From NCBI GenBank assembly GCA_963977005.1, contig CAXBMQ010000001.1, positions 347,888 to 411,887 on the forward strand: DNA of 64,000 nucleotides. The letters run 5' to 3'. Within the stretch, counting starts at the first letter, position 1; each line of letters starts with the position of its first letter. The notes beneath the pieces are model-generated. The model saw only the letters and a program-made list of their open reading frames with translations. It was not told where the DNA came from and made no database searches. The DNA is from an uncultured Rhodospirillaceae bacterium. Lineage in GTDB: Bacteria; Pseudomonadota; Alphaproteobacteria; MPNO01; UBA830. This document shows positions 52,110-63,148 of the stretch, piece after piece. The translations under genes were made by a program, and so were the position numbers.

Positions 52110-53626
52110 ATCTTTTTCTCCTGTTCCGCCCAGTAGGGGTCCTTGAGGAAGTTTTTCTGGATCTTGCCGATCGGCGTCTTGGGGAAATCGTCGACGAATT
52201 TCACCAGCCGTGGGCGTTTGAACCGGGCGAGCCGGGTCGCGCAATGTTGGACGATTTCGTCTTCGGTCGCGGTCATCCCGTTTTTGAGCAGGATATAGGC
52301 GGCCGGCACTTCGCCGAACTTGTCTTCGGGGATGCCGAACACGGCGCATTCGGCGACCGCATCGTGTTCGTACAGCGCATCCTCGATTTCCTTCGGATAG
52401 ATGTTTTCGCCGCCCGAGATGATCATGTCCTTCGACCGGTCGATCAGGGTGAAGAAGCCGTCTTCGTCGACCGTCGCCAGGTCGCCCGACCATGCCCAGC
52501 CGTCGTCCAGCTTGAAGAAATTGGCCGTCTGTTCGGGCTCTCCGTAATATTCGGTCATCAGGTTGTCGCCCTTCGAGACGATCTCGCCGACCTCGCCCGG
52601 TTTGACCGGCGTGCCGTCGGGATGGACGCAGGCGATATCGACATTATAGGCGGGCCTGCCGACCGATCCGAGGCGTTCCGGCAGATGCCAGTGCGGCAGC
52701 ACCGCGATCACGCCCATTTCGGACTGGCCGTAGATCTGCGTCAGTTTCACCTTCGGCAGTTTCTCGAAGAAATCGCGCTGCACCCAGTCTGGCATCGGCG
52801 CGCCGGCGAACGACACCTTGCGCCAGGTCGCGTAGTCGGCGGGATCGAAACCGGGATCCTGCACCACCATGCCGGCCTGGGTCGGCACCATGAAATTCGC
52901 GGTCATACCGGTCTCGCGCACCATCGTGGCGAAATCCGCGGGTTCCCATTTCGACAGCAGGGTCACGGTGGCGCCGGCCAGGATCGCCGGCTGGAACATG
53001 ATGTTCAGCGCCGCGATATGGAACAGCGGCGTGACGATACCGACGATGTCGCGCTCGTCGATTTTTTCCTCGACCATCACGGTATGCGCGGTCACCGCCC
53101 GCGCGCGGTGGCTCGCCAGCACGCCCTTCGGCAGGCCGGTGGTGCCGCCGGTATAGGTCATCGAGAACGGATCGCGCTCGTCGATATCGACATCGGGCTC
53201 TTCCGCCGATTGCCCGGCGATAAAATCGTCGAAGGGCTTGCCGATCGGAATGTAAGTCTCGATTTTCGGACAGTTCGGTTTTACCGCTTCTATCTTTTCG
53301 GCAAACAGGTCCTCATAAATCAGCGCCTGCACATCGGCCTTGTTCAGCACGTATTGCAGTTCGTCCGGCGCATAGAGCACGGAGACATTGACCAGCACGC
53401 AGCCCGATTTCGCCGCCCCGAAAAACACGATGCCGTATTCGGTCCGGTTGCGCGAAATGATGCCGACCTTCTCGCCCTTTTTCAGGCCGAGTTCCGCCAG
53501 CGCATGGGCGAAGCGGTTCGCATCGGCATTGAGGTCGGCATAGGTCGTGTGTCGGCCTTGCCAGATGATTGCCGTTTTTCGGGGAAACCGCACCGTCGCA
53601 CGGCGCAGCATGTCGCCTGTCAGCAT
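52106..53626 (-). CDS. AMP-dependent acyl-CoA synthetase/ligase
   Basis: 506 aa. AMP-binding motif ([11 protein letters not shown]) and C-terminal PIGKI motif. Confidence 0.85.
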   Translation of the reverse strand: MLTGDMLRRATVRFPRKTAIIWQGRHTTYADLNADANRFAHALAELGLKKGEKVGIISRNRTEYGIVFFGAAKSGCVLVNVSVLYAPDELQYVLNKADVQALIYEDLFAEKIEAVKPNCPKIETYIPIGKPFDDFIAGQSAEEPDVDIDERDPFSMTYTGGTTGLPKGVLASHRARAVTAHTVMVEEKIDERDIVGIVTPLFHIAALNIMFQPAILAGATVTLLSKWEPADFATMVRETGMTANFMVPTQAGMVVQDPGFDPADYATWRKVSFAGAPMPDWVQRDFFEKLPKVKLTQIYGQSEMGVIAVLPHWHLPERLGSVGRPAYNVDIACVHPDGTPVKPGEVGEIVSKGDNLMTEYYGEPEQTANFFKLDDGWAWSGDLATVDEDGFFTLIDRSKDMIISGGENIYPKEIEDALYEHDAVAECAVFGIPEDKFGEVPAAYILLKNGMTATEDEIVQHCATRLARFKRPRLVKFVDDFPKTPIGKIQKNFLKDPYWAEQEKKI

Positions 53627-53662
53627 TTGTCTTCCGCTCCCATTCTGTCCCGCACCCCTAAT

Positions 53663-54442
53663 CTATAATAGGGCGCGCACCAGCCCGCCATCGACCGTCA
53701 GGTTCTGGCCGGTAATGTATCCCGCGTGACGCGAACACAGAAACGCCACCGCCGGGCCGAAATCCTCCGCCGTGCCGAGCCGTTTCGCCGGGATCGAGTC
53801 CGCCATCCGGTCGCGCGCTTCTTCTACCGCAATATTCTCCCGCTGGGACTGCGCGTTATAGACGCGCTGCAGGGCGGGTGTATCCATCAGGCCGGGCAGG
53901 GCGTTGTTGACGGTGATTCCCCTGTCGGCAACCTCGCGCGCCAGCGTCGCCATCGCCCCGTGCAGCCCGGCGCGCACGGCATTGGCCAACACCAGGTTGG
54001 GATAGGGTTCGCGCACGGCAAAGGAGGTGATGTTGACGATCCGCCCCCAGCTTTTATCGATCATCGCCGGGATCACCCGGCGCGCCATGTCGATATGGCC
54101 GAGCATGTTGTTGCGCAGCGCCGCTTCCCACGTGGCATCGTCGTGGTCCATGAACTGCCCCGGGGGCGGGCCGCCCGAATTGGTCACCAGGATCGACGGC
54201 GCGCCTGCCAGCGCCACCGTCTGCTCGATGATGGCGGCACGGTCGGCCGCCTGTGTGATATCGCCCTGCACGAAATGGCCCGCATTGGGCAGGTCGGCAA
54301 CGGCCTTCGCGCCTTTTTCGGCATCGCGGCCGTTCAGGACCACGATCGCGCCCGCCGCCGACAGGTGGTGCGCCGCCGACAGCGCCAGGCCCTGGGTGCC
54401 GCCGAGGACAAGTGCGACCTCTCCGTGAATGCCGAGATCCAT
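53663..54442 (-). CDS. SDR family oxidoreductase
   Basis: GGTQGLA Rossmann motif and NSGG. Start at MDLGIHG. Confidence 0.8.
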   Translation of the reverse strand: MDLGIHGEVALVLGGTQGLALSAAHHLSAAGAIVVLNGRDAEKGAKAVADLPNAGHFVQGDITQAADRAAIIEQTVALAGAPSILVTNSGGPPPGQFMDHDDATWEAALRNNMLGHIDMARRVIPAMIDKSWGRIVNITSFAVREPYPNLVLANAVRAGLHGAMATLAREVADRGITVNNALPGLMDTPALQRVYNAQSQRENIAVEEARDRMADSIPAKRLGTAEDFGPAVAFLCSRHAGYITGQNLTVDGGLVRALL

Positions 54443-54458
54443 GTTTTTTCTCCCTGTA

Positions 54459-55340
54459 TCAGCCGGCCAGTATTTCGGGGTCCGCGGCGACATTCGCGCG
54501 ATCGCGATACCGCGCCAGGAACTGATCCAGCAGCCGGTTGAACGCGACCGGGTTTTCCAGATTCCCGAGATGGCCGACATCGTAGATCATATGATACTCG
54601 GCGCCCGTGATATCGTCGGCGATCCTGCGCGTCATCTCGGGCGGGGTCAGCGGATCGAACTCGCCGCCGATGACCAGCGTCGGCACGTCGATTTCCGCCA
54701 GTACGTGTTCGCGGTCGAACTGCGTCGTCGCCTCGACCGTCTTGATATAGGAATGCTTGTGCAGCCGCGACGCCGCCGCGATGGCGCGGGTCCGCGCATC
54801 TTCGGACACATTGGGCCCGGCCAGCCGTTGAATCGCGCCGGGCGCGATATCCGCCGGTTCCAGCCCGTCCTCTATCAGCGGCTTGCTCCGTGCGGCGACG
54901 AACGCCTTTTGTTTCTCGGGCGAGAAGTGTCCGAAACTGGCATGCACCCCGGCCAACGTCAGGGTCGCAAACCGTTCCGGGTGGTTGGCGAAGAATTCGA
55001 GCGATATCCGCCCGCCCATGGACGTGCCGACGATATGGGCCCTGTCGACGGCAAAAGCATCGAGCACGCGGGCGAGATCGTCTGCGATATCGGTGAAACT
55101 GAGCGCGCCGTCATAGTCGTCGCTGTCGCCATAGCCGCGCGCATCCCACGCCACCGCGCAATAGCCCGCATCGGCGCAGGCGCTAAGCTGATGCGCCCAG
55201 GTCGACCGGTCGCCGCCGATCCCGTGCAGGAAGACGACCAGCGGACCGGCGCCGATATAATCGATCGCGATGCGCGGTGCAGGACCGATCCGCATCGCCT
55301 TCGCGCCGTCGGCATAGGGAGTAAGCGGGGTAGAATTCAT
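54459..55340 (-). CDS. alpha/beta hydrolase fold protein
   Basis: VFLHGIGGD and GTSMGG nucleophile elbow. Confidence 0.75.
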   Translation of the reverse strand: MNSTPLTPYADGAKAMRIGPAPRIAIDYIGAGPLVVFLHGIGGDRSTWAHQLSACADAGYCAVAWDARGYGDSDDYDGALSFTDIADDLARVLDAFAVDRAHIVGTSMGGRISLEFFANHPERFATLTLAGVHASFGHFSPEKQKAFVAARSKPLIEDGLEPADIAPGAIQRLAGPNVSEDARTRAIAAASRLHKHSYIKTVEATTQFDREHVLAEIDVPTLVIGGEFDPLTPPEMTRRIADDITGAEYHMIYDVGHLGNLENPVAFNRLLDQFLARYRDRANVAADPEILAG

Positions 55341-55576
55341 ACTGCACGCTCGCCCAAACGCCGTCGGCAATCAAGCCCCGGCGGTGCATGGCCGCGCTTC
55401 GCCGAATGGCCCGCCGCGCTGCGTCGGACAGAATGCGGTCAATCCCGAACGACGGAAGCATCTGTGGATTGACCCGGCTGCGAATCTGGCCGATACATTC
55501 CGCAACAAGCAAGAATGCCGGACGTCCGGCATCGTGGAAAACGGTCCCGGCCGGGGCCCGACAGGAGGTCATCAGG

Positions 55577-56341
55577 ATGCTCAAGACAACCAAAATCATT
55601 GGAATCGCCGCGGTCCTTGCGGGGTTTTGGGCTGTACCGGCCCAGGCCATGCCCTTCTCGGTGAGTGGCACGGCGACCGTCGTGACCTCGACCGGCAGCT
55701 ATGCGGGCGACCTTGTGCCCGGCACGGTCTTGCAGGCCGATATCGCGCTGAGCACCGACGAGACAGACGCATTCAACGCCATCACCACGCCCTCCGCGGT
55801 GCCGGGCCACGAATTTACATCGTTTTACGAATTTGCCACGGCGGACGGGTTTTCCTGGACGGGCGACCTGGTGCCGCCCTCCGGCGGAGGCTATGCCGCG
55901 GACGTGATGGGGATCGTCGTTAATAACGACCTGTCGCTGACATCCGCGGATACCGGCGGCCTGCTGCCCGACGGCACGTATGACTGGATCGAGCTGCTCG
56001 GCAGCACGGCGGTCGATGTCTGCCTGATCCCGGGCGGCTGCGCGCCGGGCGAGTTCAGCCCTGCCGACGGCGAGGAATGGACGCTGGCGTTTTTCGGCGA
56101 TTCAAGCTGGTTCACGGACGGATCGGTCATCCCGGACGCACTGCCCGCCGATGTGACGGCCCTGCTGGTCGGGGTCGAACTGGATGCGTTCGGCGATGAA
56201 GTCGGTTTCGTATTCGCAACCGTCAATGATTTTACCACCGACCTGCCGACCCTTCCGGCGGCGTCGATTTCCGCGCCCGGGACGACGGGCCTGCTGGCGC
56301 TGTTTCTGGCCGCCGCAGCGTGGACGCGACGCCGCGCCTGA
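55577..56341 (+). CDS. secreted hypothetical protein with C-terminal PEP-CTERM-like sorting signal variant
   Basis: Signal peptide (MLKTTKIIGIAAVLAGFWAVPAQA), GGAGG RBS, and a C-terminal hydrophobic helix plus RRRA after an LPAAS motif. Confidence 0.5.
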   Translation: MLKTTKIIGIAAVLAGFWAVPAQAMPFSVSGTATVVTSTGSYAGDLVPGTVLQADIALSTDETDAFNAITTPSAVPGHEFTSFYEFATADGFSWTGDLVPPSGGGYAADVMGIVVNNDLSLTSADTGGLLPDGTYDWIELLGSTAVDVCLIPGGCAPGEFSPADGEEWTLAFFGDSSWFTDGSVIPDALPADVTALLVGVELDAFGDEVGFVFATVNDFTTDLPTLPAASISAPGTTGLLALFLAAAAWTRRRA

Positions 56342-56448
56342 ACGGTTTTCCGTGCATTCGCGGCACAGGCTCTTTGCCGATTGAGACCTTGCCGGGCCGC
56401 GCGCCATCGACAACAATGCGCGTCCTTCTGGAATAGGGATTCAAAGAC

Positions 56449-57654
<1,206 letters not shown>

Positions 57655-57715
57655 GCGAAGCAACGACGGGGTCGTGAACACTCTGTCATAGCCCCGACAC
57701 CAGCCTGTTCTTCTT

Positions 57716-57791
57716 CCCCCGGGCCCCGACCCGGGGGTCCATTTATCCGCCGCGCCCGTGTCCGCCATGGACCCCCGGTACAAGACCGGGG
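57716..57791 (+). terminator. cluster of GC-rich inverted repeats downstream of the thiolase gene (terminator or structured element)
   Basis: CCCCCGGG-cccga-CCCGGGGG (57716-57737), GGTCCAT...ATGGACC (57736-57772) and CCCCGGT-caag-ACCGGGG (57774-57791). Confidence 0.35.
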
Positions 57792-57886
57792 AGTAAGGTT
57801 GGGACCAGGCATCAAATTGCGGAACCCGAGCCGTAAACAGGCCTCCGGCATTGACTCCCCTCTTATGTTCCTGTTTTGTTCTTTTA

Positions 57887-58164
57887 TGCCATCGCGTAGT
57901 ATCTGGAGCGTTGTCGAACTGGCCGCCCTGTCCGAGGAGGACCGGCAGGCTTTGCGCGCCCGCGCCATGCTGTCGGATTTCTACTACCGCGACCGCTTCG
58001 TCGCGATCTGCGGCAAATGCCGCAAGGGCAAGATCATCCACCCGACCCGGCTGAAAAAACGCTTCGGCAACGAGCGGGTCTCACGGCTCGAAAGAAAGCT
58101 GAAATGCAGCGGCTGCGGCAATGTCCGCGGCAACTGGTTCCTGCTGGCCGAGGCGGAGGATTAG
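57887..58164 (+). CDS. small zinc-ribbon hypothetical protein
   Basis: CGKCRKG ... CSGCGN paired CxxC motifs. Start at internal MPSRS. Confidence 0.35.
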
Positions 58165-59385
58165 GACGATTGCTTCACGCGGTCCGACGACCTCTTGAAA
58201 CTATATATCGGGCTATATTTTCACCGCTTCCCACAACTTCACTTGCAAATTTTTGTTTGTCGCGAGTCGGGGATTTTTTTCCAGATGATATCTTTGACGC
58301 ACTGACTTCGACCTTCAGGTCATAGGTCTCCATTTTGCTGGATTTACCTTTAGGCACGGGCACCCTTGTCACTCTAGACATCCGTCTAACTCCCTTGCTC
58401 TGTCGAATCGTCAATTAAAATATGGAGATCAATCTGATTCATGTAAATAAGATTAGCTAAAACGCCGGCCACATGACGAAGAATTAAGCAGCTTTCTAAA
58501 TCGAATCTCTCTTTCTGGTCACTCGTGGCCGTTAATACGCCGAGCGGCTCATCACCGTTATCGATAGGTCCGATAGGAATTGATGCAAAGGAACGATATA
58601 CCTCATCATCATATTCCTTCAGCAATTCTTCCGGTGCACGGACCATATCCACAACCCCGGGGTCACTTGCATCGCCAGTTATCTTAGACGTTTTGTCTGA
58701 AAATGCTTTCCCAATATGTCCTTGACCACGCTTCCAATGGCGTCCCGCACCATCAGAAGGATGGTTTCGATGTTTTTCTCTCCAAATGGGTTTAAGAAAC
58801 TCATCCCGATCATCGAATATATATACCGAAAAGTTCCAACGTTCTCCGGCATTGAAATCAAATATTTTATCTCCTTCAAATCGCAAGATCGACAATATCT
58901 CCTCAATAGATTCTTTGGTATCCTCAACGCTTACAATATTTTTAAAATACTTCCTCTGCATAACACGCCATGCGATTGCAGCTTCCTGTATTATGGACAA
59001 CGAATAAAGCGACTGTTTTATCTGTTCATTCTCAGCAATCGATTCATTATAGATCACCTTTAGGTCTTGATTCTCAAAGAAGGCCTGTTGCACTAGATGT
59101 GCACCACTCAGATTCAGCGAGGCCAAAAACAGGTTGCTTCCTGCCAACAAAATCAAAACTACCCAGAAAAGGGAGCCATTCACCTGATCGATGTCCGCTT
59201 TGAAAGCGACCCACAAGGCGATGAAAAGCGGCAGCACGATAGTCGCGGCCACAATGGATGTCTTCTTAAACAATCCAGACTTAGCCGCGTCTAGCCTCGC
59301 TAACTCAGCTATTTTGCCCATATATACTTCTCCGAGAGGTCGGGGTATTTATACTTCTTTACCGAGTATAAAATAACCCCTCTAA
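58165..59385. other. second low-GC (about 44%) islet carrying a single gene
   Basis: Compositional break on both sides. Contains only the 2TM-GAF gene plus AT-rich flanks. Confidence 0.4.
58386..59321 (-). CDS. membrane-anchored GAF domain protein (2 N-terminal TM helices + C-terminal GAF)
   Basis: 311 aa. Strong GGAG RBS. GAF-like C-terminal signature (RSFASIPIGPIDNGDEPLGVLTATSDQKERFDLESCLILRHVAGVLANLI). Confidence 0.6.
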   Translation of the reverse strand: MGKIAELARLDAAKSGLFKKTSIVAATIVLPLFIALWVAFKADIDQVNGSLFWVVLILLAGSNLFLASLNLSGAHLVQQAFFENQDLKVIYNESIAENEQIKQSLYSLSIIQEAAIAWRVMQRKYFKNIVSVEDTKESIEEILSILRFEGDKIFDFNAGERWNFSVYIFDDRDEFLKPIWREKHRNHPSDGAGRHWKRGQGHIGKAFSDKTSKITGDASDPGVVDMVRAPEELLKEYDDEVYRSFASIPIGPIDNGDEPLGVLTATSDQKERFDLESCLILRHVAGVLANLIYMNQIDLHILIDDSTEQGS

Positions 59386-60776
59386 GCCGTGAGCACCACC
59401 AGGTCCATCGGCGCATCGACGCCGTCGACCGCCTGGGCCGACCGCTGCTCCTTGGATTCGGGCGGGGTATAGCCCTGGGCCAGCGCGGTCTCGTAGGTTT
59501 CGCGCGTGGTATGGGCGCGGACCTTCTGGTCCTTGGTCGCTTTCTCGAGCTTGGCGGCGAGGTTCACGGCATCGCCGATCACCGTGTATTCGAGCCGGGA
59601 CTCGTCGCCGACCGCGCCGAAGATCAGCCGGCCGGACGCCACCGCCGCGCCGACGCGCAGTTCGGGCTCTCCCGCCGCGACGCGCCCGGCATTCCAGTCA
59701 TCGGCGCCCCGCATCAGCTCGTCCACCGCGCGCAGCGCATCGGCGGCATAGGTTTCGGTCGGCAGGGCCGCGCCGAAGGTGACCATGATGCCGTCGCCCA
59801 TGAACTTGTCGATGGTGCCGCCGTGCTTCTGCAGGATCGGCACGATCTGGCGCTGGTAATCCGCCAGCATGGCGATGACCTCGTTCGGCTGGTGGGTGTT
59901 GGAGAAACCGGTGAAGCCGCGGATATCGCAGAACAGGATGGCCGCCTCGCGCGCCTGGCCCGACCCGGCGGACACGGCTTCTTCCGACGCGGTGATCTGG
60001 TCGGCGATCTCGGGCGAGAAAAACCGTGACAGGTCCTGCGCCGCCTGGCCTTCGGTCACCGACCGGTTCAGCAGGTTCCGCGCCCGGTTGATGGCAACCG
60101 CAATGATCGCCGTGACCAGCAGGATCGAGATGATCTTGTCGAGCTCGGCGCCGACCAGGACCGCGTTATTGGTCATGTAATAGACGTAATCCCGGGTCAC
60201 CATTTCGGTGCCGGTGGTATAGATCGCGTAAGAGGCAAGCCCGGTCCAGCCCGCCGCCGCGACCAGCCCGGCGGCCACCACGTAGCGCGCCTCGAAGCGC
60301 AGCGCCCGCAGCGCGATAAAAATGAATACGTAAAGCAGCGTCGGCGATTTGAGATAGAACGACGGCGGCTGCTGGTACTGCAGGTGGAAGCTCCAGATCA
60401 GGCCGAGCAGCAGGCACATGTCGAGCACGATCGACAGATACAGCATCGCCGGGCCCACGCTGCCGCGATAGGCCAGCACCAGCCGGATGACGGTAAAGGC
60501 GAAATAGATGCCGAGCGCCCACGGCACCGGGGTGAATTCCACGTCGGCCGCATAGGTCTTGGGCGACGCGGCATAAAGCAGGCCGAAGATCACCACGACC
60601 GCAAGCTGGAACCAGCCGATCAGCCGCTCCGACGCATCCTGCTGGGCGCCGATCGCGGCCCGGACCCGCGCCGGCAGGCGCGCAGGGGGACTCACCGACT
60701 GGTTCAGCGTCTGGCTCACCGGCTGGTTCACTGGCAGGGTCGGGGGGACGGTATCGGTCTTGCGTAAATCAGGCAT
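59382..60776 (-). CDS. membrane-bound class III adenylate/guanylate cyclase
   Basis: Six predicted TM helices, then a class III cyclase domain (ILFCDIRGFTGFS ... DKFMGDGIMVTFGA ... IGDAVNLAAKLE). Confidence 0.85.
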   Translation of the reverse strand: MPDLRKTDTVPPTLPVNQPVSQTLNQSVSPPARLPARVRAAIGAQQDASERLIGWFQLAVVVIFGLLYAASPKTYAADVEFTPVPWALGIYFAFTVIRLVLAYRGSVGPAMLYLSIVLDMCLLLGLIWSFHLQYQQPPSFYLKSPTLLYVFIFIALRALRFEARYVVAAGLVAAAGWTGLASYAIYTTGTEMVTRDYVYYMTNNAVLVGAELDKIISILLVTAIIAVAINRARNLLNRSVTEGQAAQDLSRFFSPEIADQITASEEAVSAGSGQAREAAILFCDIRGFTGFSNTHQPNEVIAMLADYQRQIVPILQKHGGTIDKFMGDGIMVTFGAALPTETYAADALRAVDELMRGADDWNAGRVAAGEPELRVGAAVASGRLIFGAVGDESRLEYTVIGDAVNLAAKLEKATKDQKVRAHTTRETYETALAQGYTPPESKEQRSAQAVDGVDAPMDLVVLTA

Positions 60777-60812
60777 GGCGAAGATGTGACCTTTCCGGCC
60801 ATGGCATGAAAA

Positions 60813-61661
60813 TCAACTTTTCTCGACCCAGAGGCTGGTTTCGAGGGCGCCGTCGATCAGTGGCAGGGTGCCGGCAACCGTGGCGTCCACCGAACCGGCC
60901 ATGCGCGTCGCCGCGTAGTGGCTGGAGAACAGCAGTTTCGCACTTCCCGAATTCAGCAGCGGCGCGACGACCGACTGCTCGTTATAGCCGCGCCACGACC
61001 AGGCGGCAGGGTAGCCGTCGGGCAGCAGCATGTCGTGGATATGCACCACCGTGCCCGCCGGCAGGGACGGCCATACCGTGTTGAACAGGTAATCGACGTC
61101 GGTGCCGGGCATCAGAATATGGCTGGAATCGATAAACAGGATATCGCCCGGCGCGATGTCGGCGAACACGCCGGTGCCGGCATCCTGCAGCGTTGCCGCG
61201 ATATGGCTTACCCCGAGATCCGCAATCGCGGCCCGCGGGGCGGGATCGATCGCGGTAATCCGGGTGTTCAGGTTTCCGTCCGACACCGCTCGCGCCATGA
61301 ACCGGGTCGAATGGCCCGAGCCGATTTCGACGATACGCGCCGGCCGGCGGGTCCGCACCATGGCATAGGCGGCCGCGCCATCGAGCCGCGGAAACCAGCC
61401 CTGGTTCCAGCGCGGTTGCGGCGGCGTATCGGGCCCGATGGCCCGAAGATCGGCGGCGAAGCCGTCGAGCGCGGCGAGAAACGCCTCCATATCCGGGCGG
61501 GCCGCATCGAATACCGGCTGAAGCGCGGGATACCCCGCCGGTTCGACAACCGTGGCCGCGTATCTGTAGGGAATGAACCAGCCCTGCACGCGGGCGCCGA
61601 ACAGGGTCGACAGGCCCATGCGGGCCCGGCGAAGCCGCTTGCTGATGGGAAGTCGGCTCAA
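60813..61661 (-). CDS. class I SAM-dependent methyltransferase
   Basis: IVEIGSGHSTRF motif I-like segment. 282 aa. Confidence 0.65.
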   Translation of the reverse strand: MSRLPISKRLRRARMGLSTLFGARVQGWFIPYRYAATVVEPAGYPALQPVFDAARPDMEAFLAALDGFAADLRAIGPDTPPQPRWNQGWFPRLDGAAAYAMVRTRRPARIVEIGSGHSTRFMARAVSDGNLNTRITAIDPAPRAAIADLGVSHIAATLQDAGTGVFADIAPGDILFIDSSHILMPGTDVDYLFNTVWPSLPAGTVVHIHDMLLPDGYPAAWSWRGYNEQSVVAPLLNSGSAKLLFSSHYAATRMAGSVDATVAGTLPLIDGALETSLWVEKS

Positions 61662-61673
61662 CCCGGTCTCCGC

Positions 61674-62480
61674 TCAGGGCGTCAGCGTCATGCCCTCGCG
61701 GGCGACGAGCGACCCGGGCCGCATTTTTTCGACGGCAGCGGCGATCCCGTCGAGGTCGGCATCGGTGCGCTCCGGCAGGTGGTGGAATATCACGAAAGTT
61801 CCCACATTTGCCGTCGCACACAGCCGCGCGCCCTCTTCCCAGGTCGAATGGCCCCACTCCCTGTAGGCGGGATATTCGGCATCGGTGAACATGGAATCGT
61901 AGATCACGATGTCGGCGCCGTCGATCAGTCCGAGAATGTTGCTGTCCGGCCCATCCGCGAAATGCTCGGTATCCGTGACGTAACAGATCGACTTGCCGGC
62001 GAATTCGACGCGGTACCCGGTGGCGTTCTGCGGGTGATTGAGCATTGTCGTCCGCAGGGTGACGCCGGCCTTGGGTGTCAGCGTCTCACCGGCATTGAAG
62101 TCGTGATAGCTGACATCGGCGCCGAAGATATCGACCGGCACGGGAAACAGGGGATCGGCCATGAACTGGCGCAGCACGCTTTCCGTCGTGCGGTCGCCTT
62201 CCAGATGCCCCGACCAGATACGCAGCGTATTTCCCGGCCTGAATGCGTAGCAGAAGAACGGGAGCCCCACGATATGATCGACATGGGTGTGCGACAGGAA
62301 AAGATCGACATCGGTGATGCCGTCCCGGGCGATCGATTTTCCCAGCTTGCGGAGCCCGGTACCGGCATCAAACACAAACAGGTGCGATCCGCAGCGGATT
62401 TCGACACAGGGGGTATTTCCGCCGTACTCGGCGGTTTCCGCGCCCGGACAGGCGATAGACCCGCGGACGCCCCAGAAGCG
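61674..62480 (-). CDS. MBL-fold metallo-hydrolase
   Basis: SHTHVDH (HxHxDH) motif. N-terminal limit uncertain (no in-frame ATG; probable GTG start near 62480). Confidence 0.65.
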   Translation of the reverse strand, partial: RFWGVRGSIACPGAETAEYGGNTPCVEIRCGSHLFVFDAGTGLRKLGKSIARDGITDVDLFLSHTHVDHIVGLPFFCYAFRPGNTLRIWSGHLEGDRTTESVLRQFMADPLFPVPVDIFGADVSYHDFNAGETLTPKAGVTLRTTMLNHPQNATGYRVEFAGKSICYVTDTEHFADGPDSNILGLIDGADIVIYDSMFTDAEYPAYREWGHSTWEEGARLCATANVGTFVIFHHLPERTDADLDGIAAAVEKMRPGSLVAREGMTLTP

Positions 62481-62670
62481 TACGAAAAAATCGCTATCGG
62501 ATGTCACGCGGAAAACCTGTGCGGGGTTCAGAAATAATACTCGCCCTCCGGGCCCTGTCTGTTTGACATTATCCGGCAGAGACACATCGAGCAGAGACAA
62601 TTCGACAAGAGGGCTCGACGTGCGCGGCCGGATTGCGCATTTATAGGGCCGAGAAAAGGAAATAGGGTTA

Positions 62671-63075
62671 ATGGCGCAGAAATACAAGGGAGACGGGCTG
62701 GTCGGCGGGACCGGCGAAGGGCCGGCCCTGGTGACATCCGAGGGCATCGCCTTCAATCTCGGCGTGGATGAAAGCACCGGAATCGTGATCGAGACCGGTC
62801 ATGCCCTCGAAGGCGAGTGCGTCGCCGGGCGCGTCGTGGTGTGCCGGTCGGGCAAGGGATCGACCGCGGGATCGTTCAGCCTGCTGCAGCTTGCCCGGCG
62901 CGGCCTGGCGCCTGCCGCGATCGTGAACATGCAGGCCGATGCGGTGATCACCGCCGGATGCGTGCTGGCGGAAATCCCGCTGGTTCACCGCCTCGACACG
63001 GACCACGCGGCGTTTACATCCGGCGACAGGCTGCGCGTCGACGGCGCGGCGGGAACGGTTGAAATTCTCGTGTGA
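62671..63075 (+). CDS. DUF126 (aconitase X swivel-domain-like small subunit) protein
   Basis: 134 aa with a GxGEGPALV ... VVVCRSGKGSTAGS pattern typical of DUF126. Confidence 0.65.
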   Translation: MAQKYKGDGLVGGTGEGPALVTSEGIAFNLGVDESTGIVIETGHALEGECVAGRVVVCRSGKGSTAGSFSLLQLARRGLAPAAIVNMQADAVITAGCVLAEIPLVHRLDTDHAAFTSGDRLRVDGAAGTVEILV

Positions 63076-63148
63076 GCGCCGCGGGGCGCGCAGCCGAAAA
63101 CGGCGGCCCCGAAGGACCGCCGTTAACAGGTAGCATATGACGGTTGCG

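Noticed and set aside
58175-58414. 79-aa K/R-rich minus-strand ORF just downstream of the GAF gene.
   Set aside because: It overlaps the GAF gene stop and has no RBS or recognisable motif. It is likely a chance ORF in AT-rich DNA, although it could be a small basic protein if conserved.
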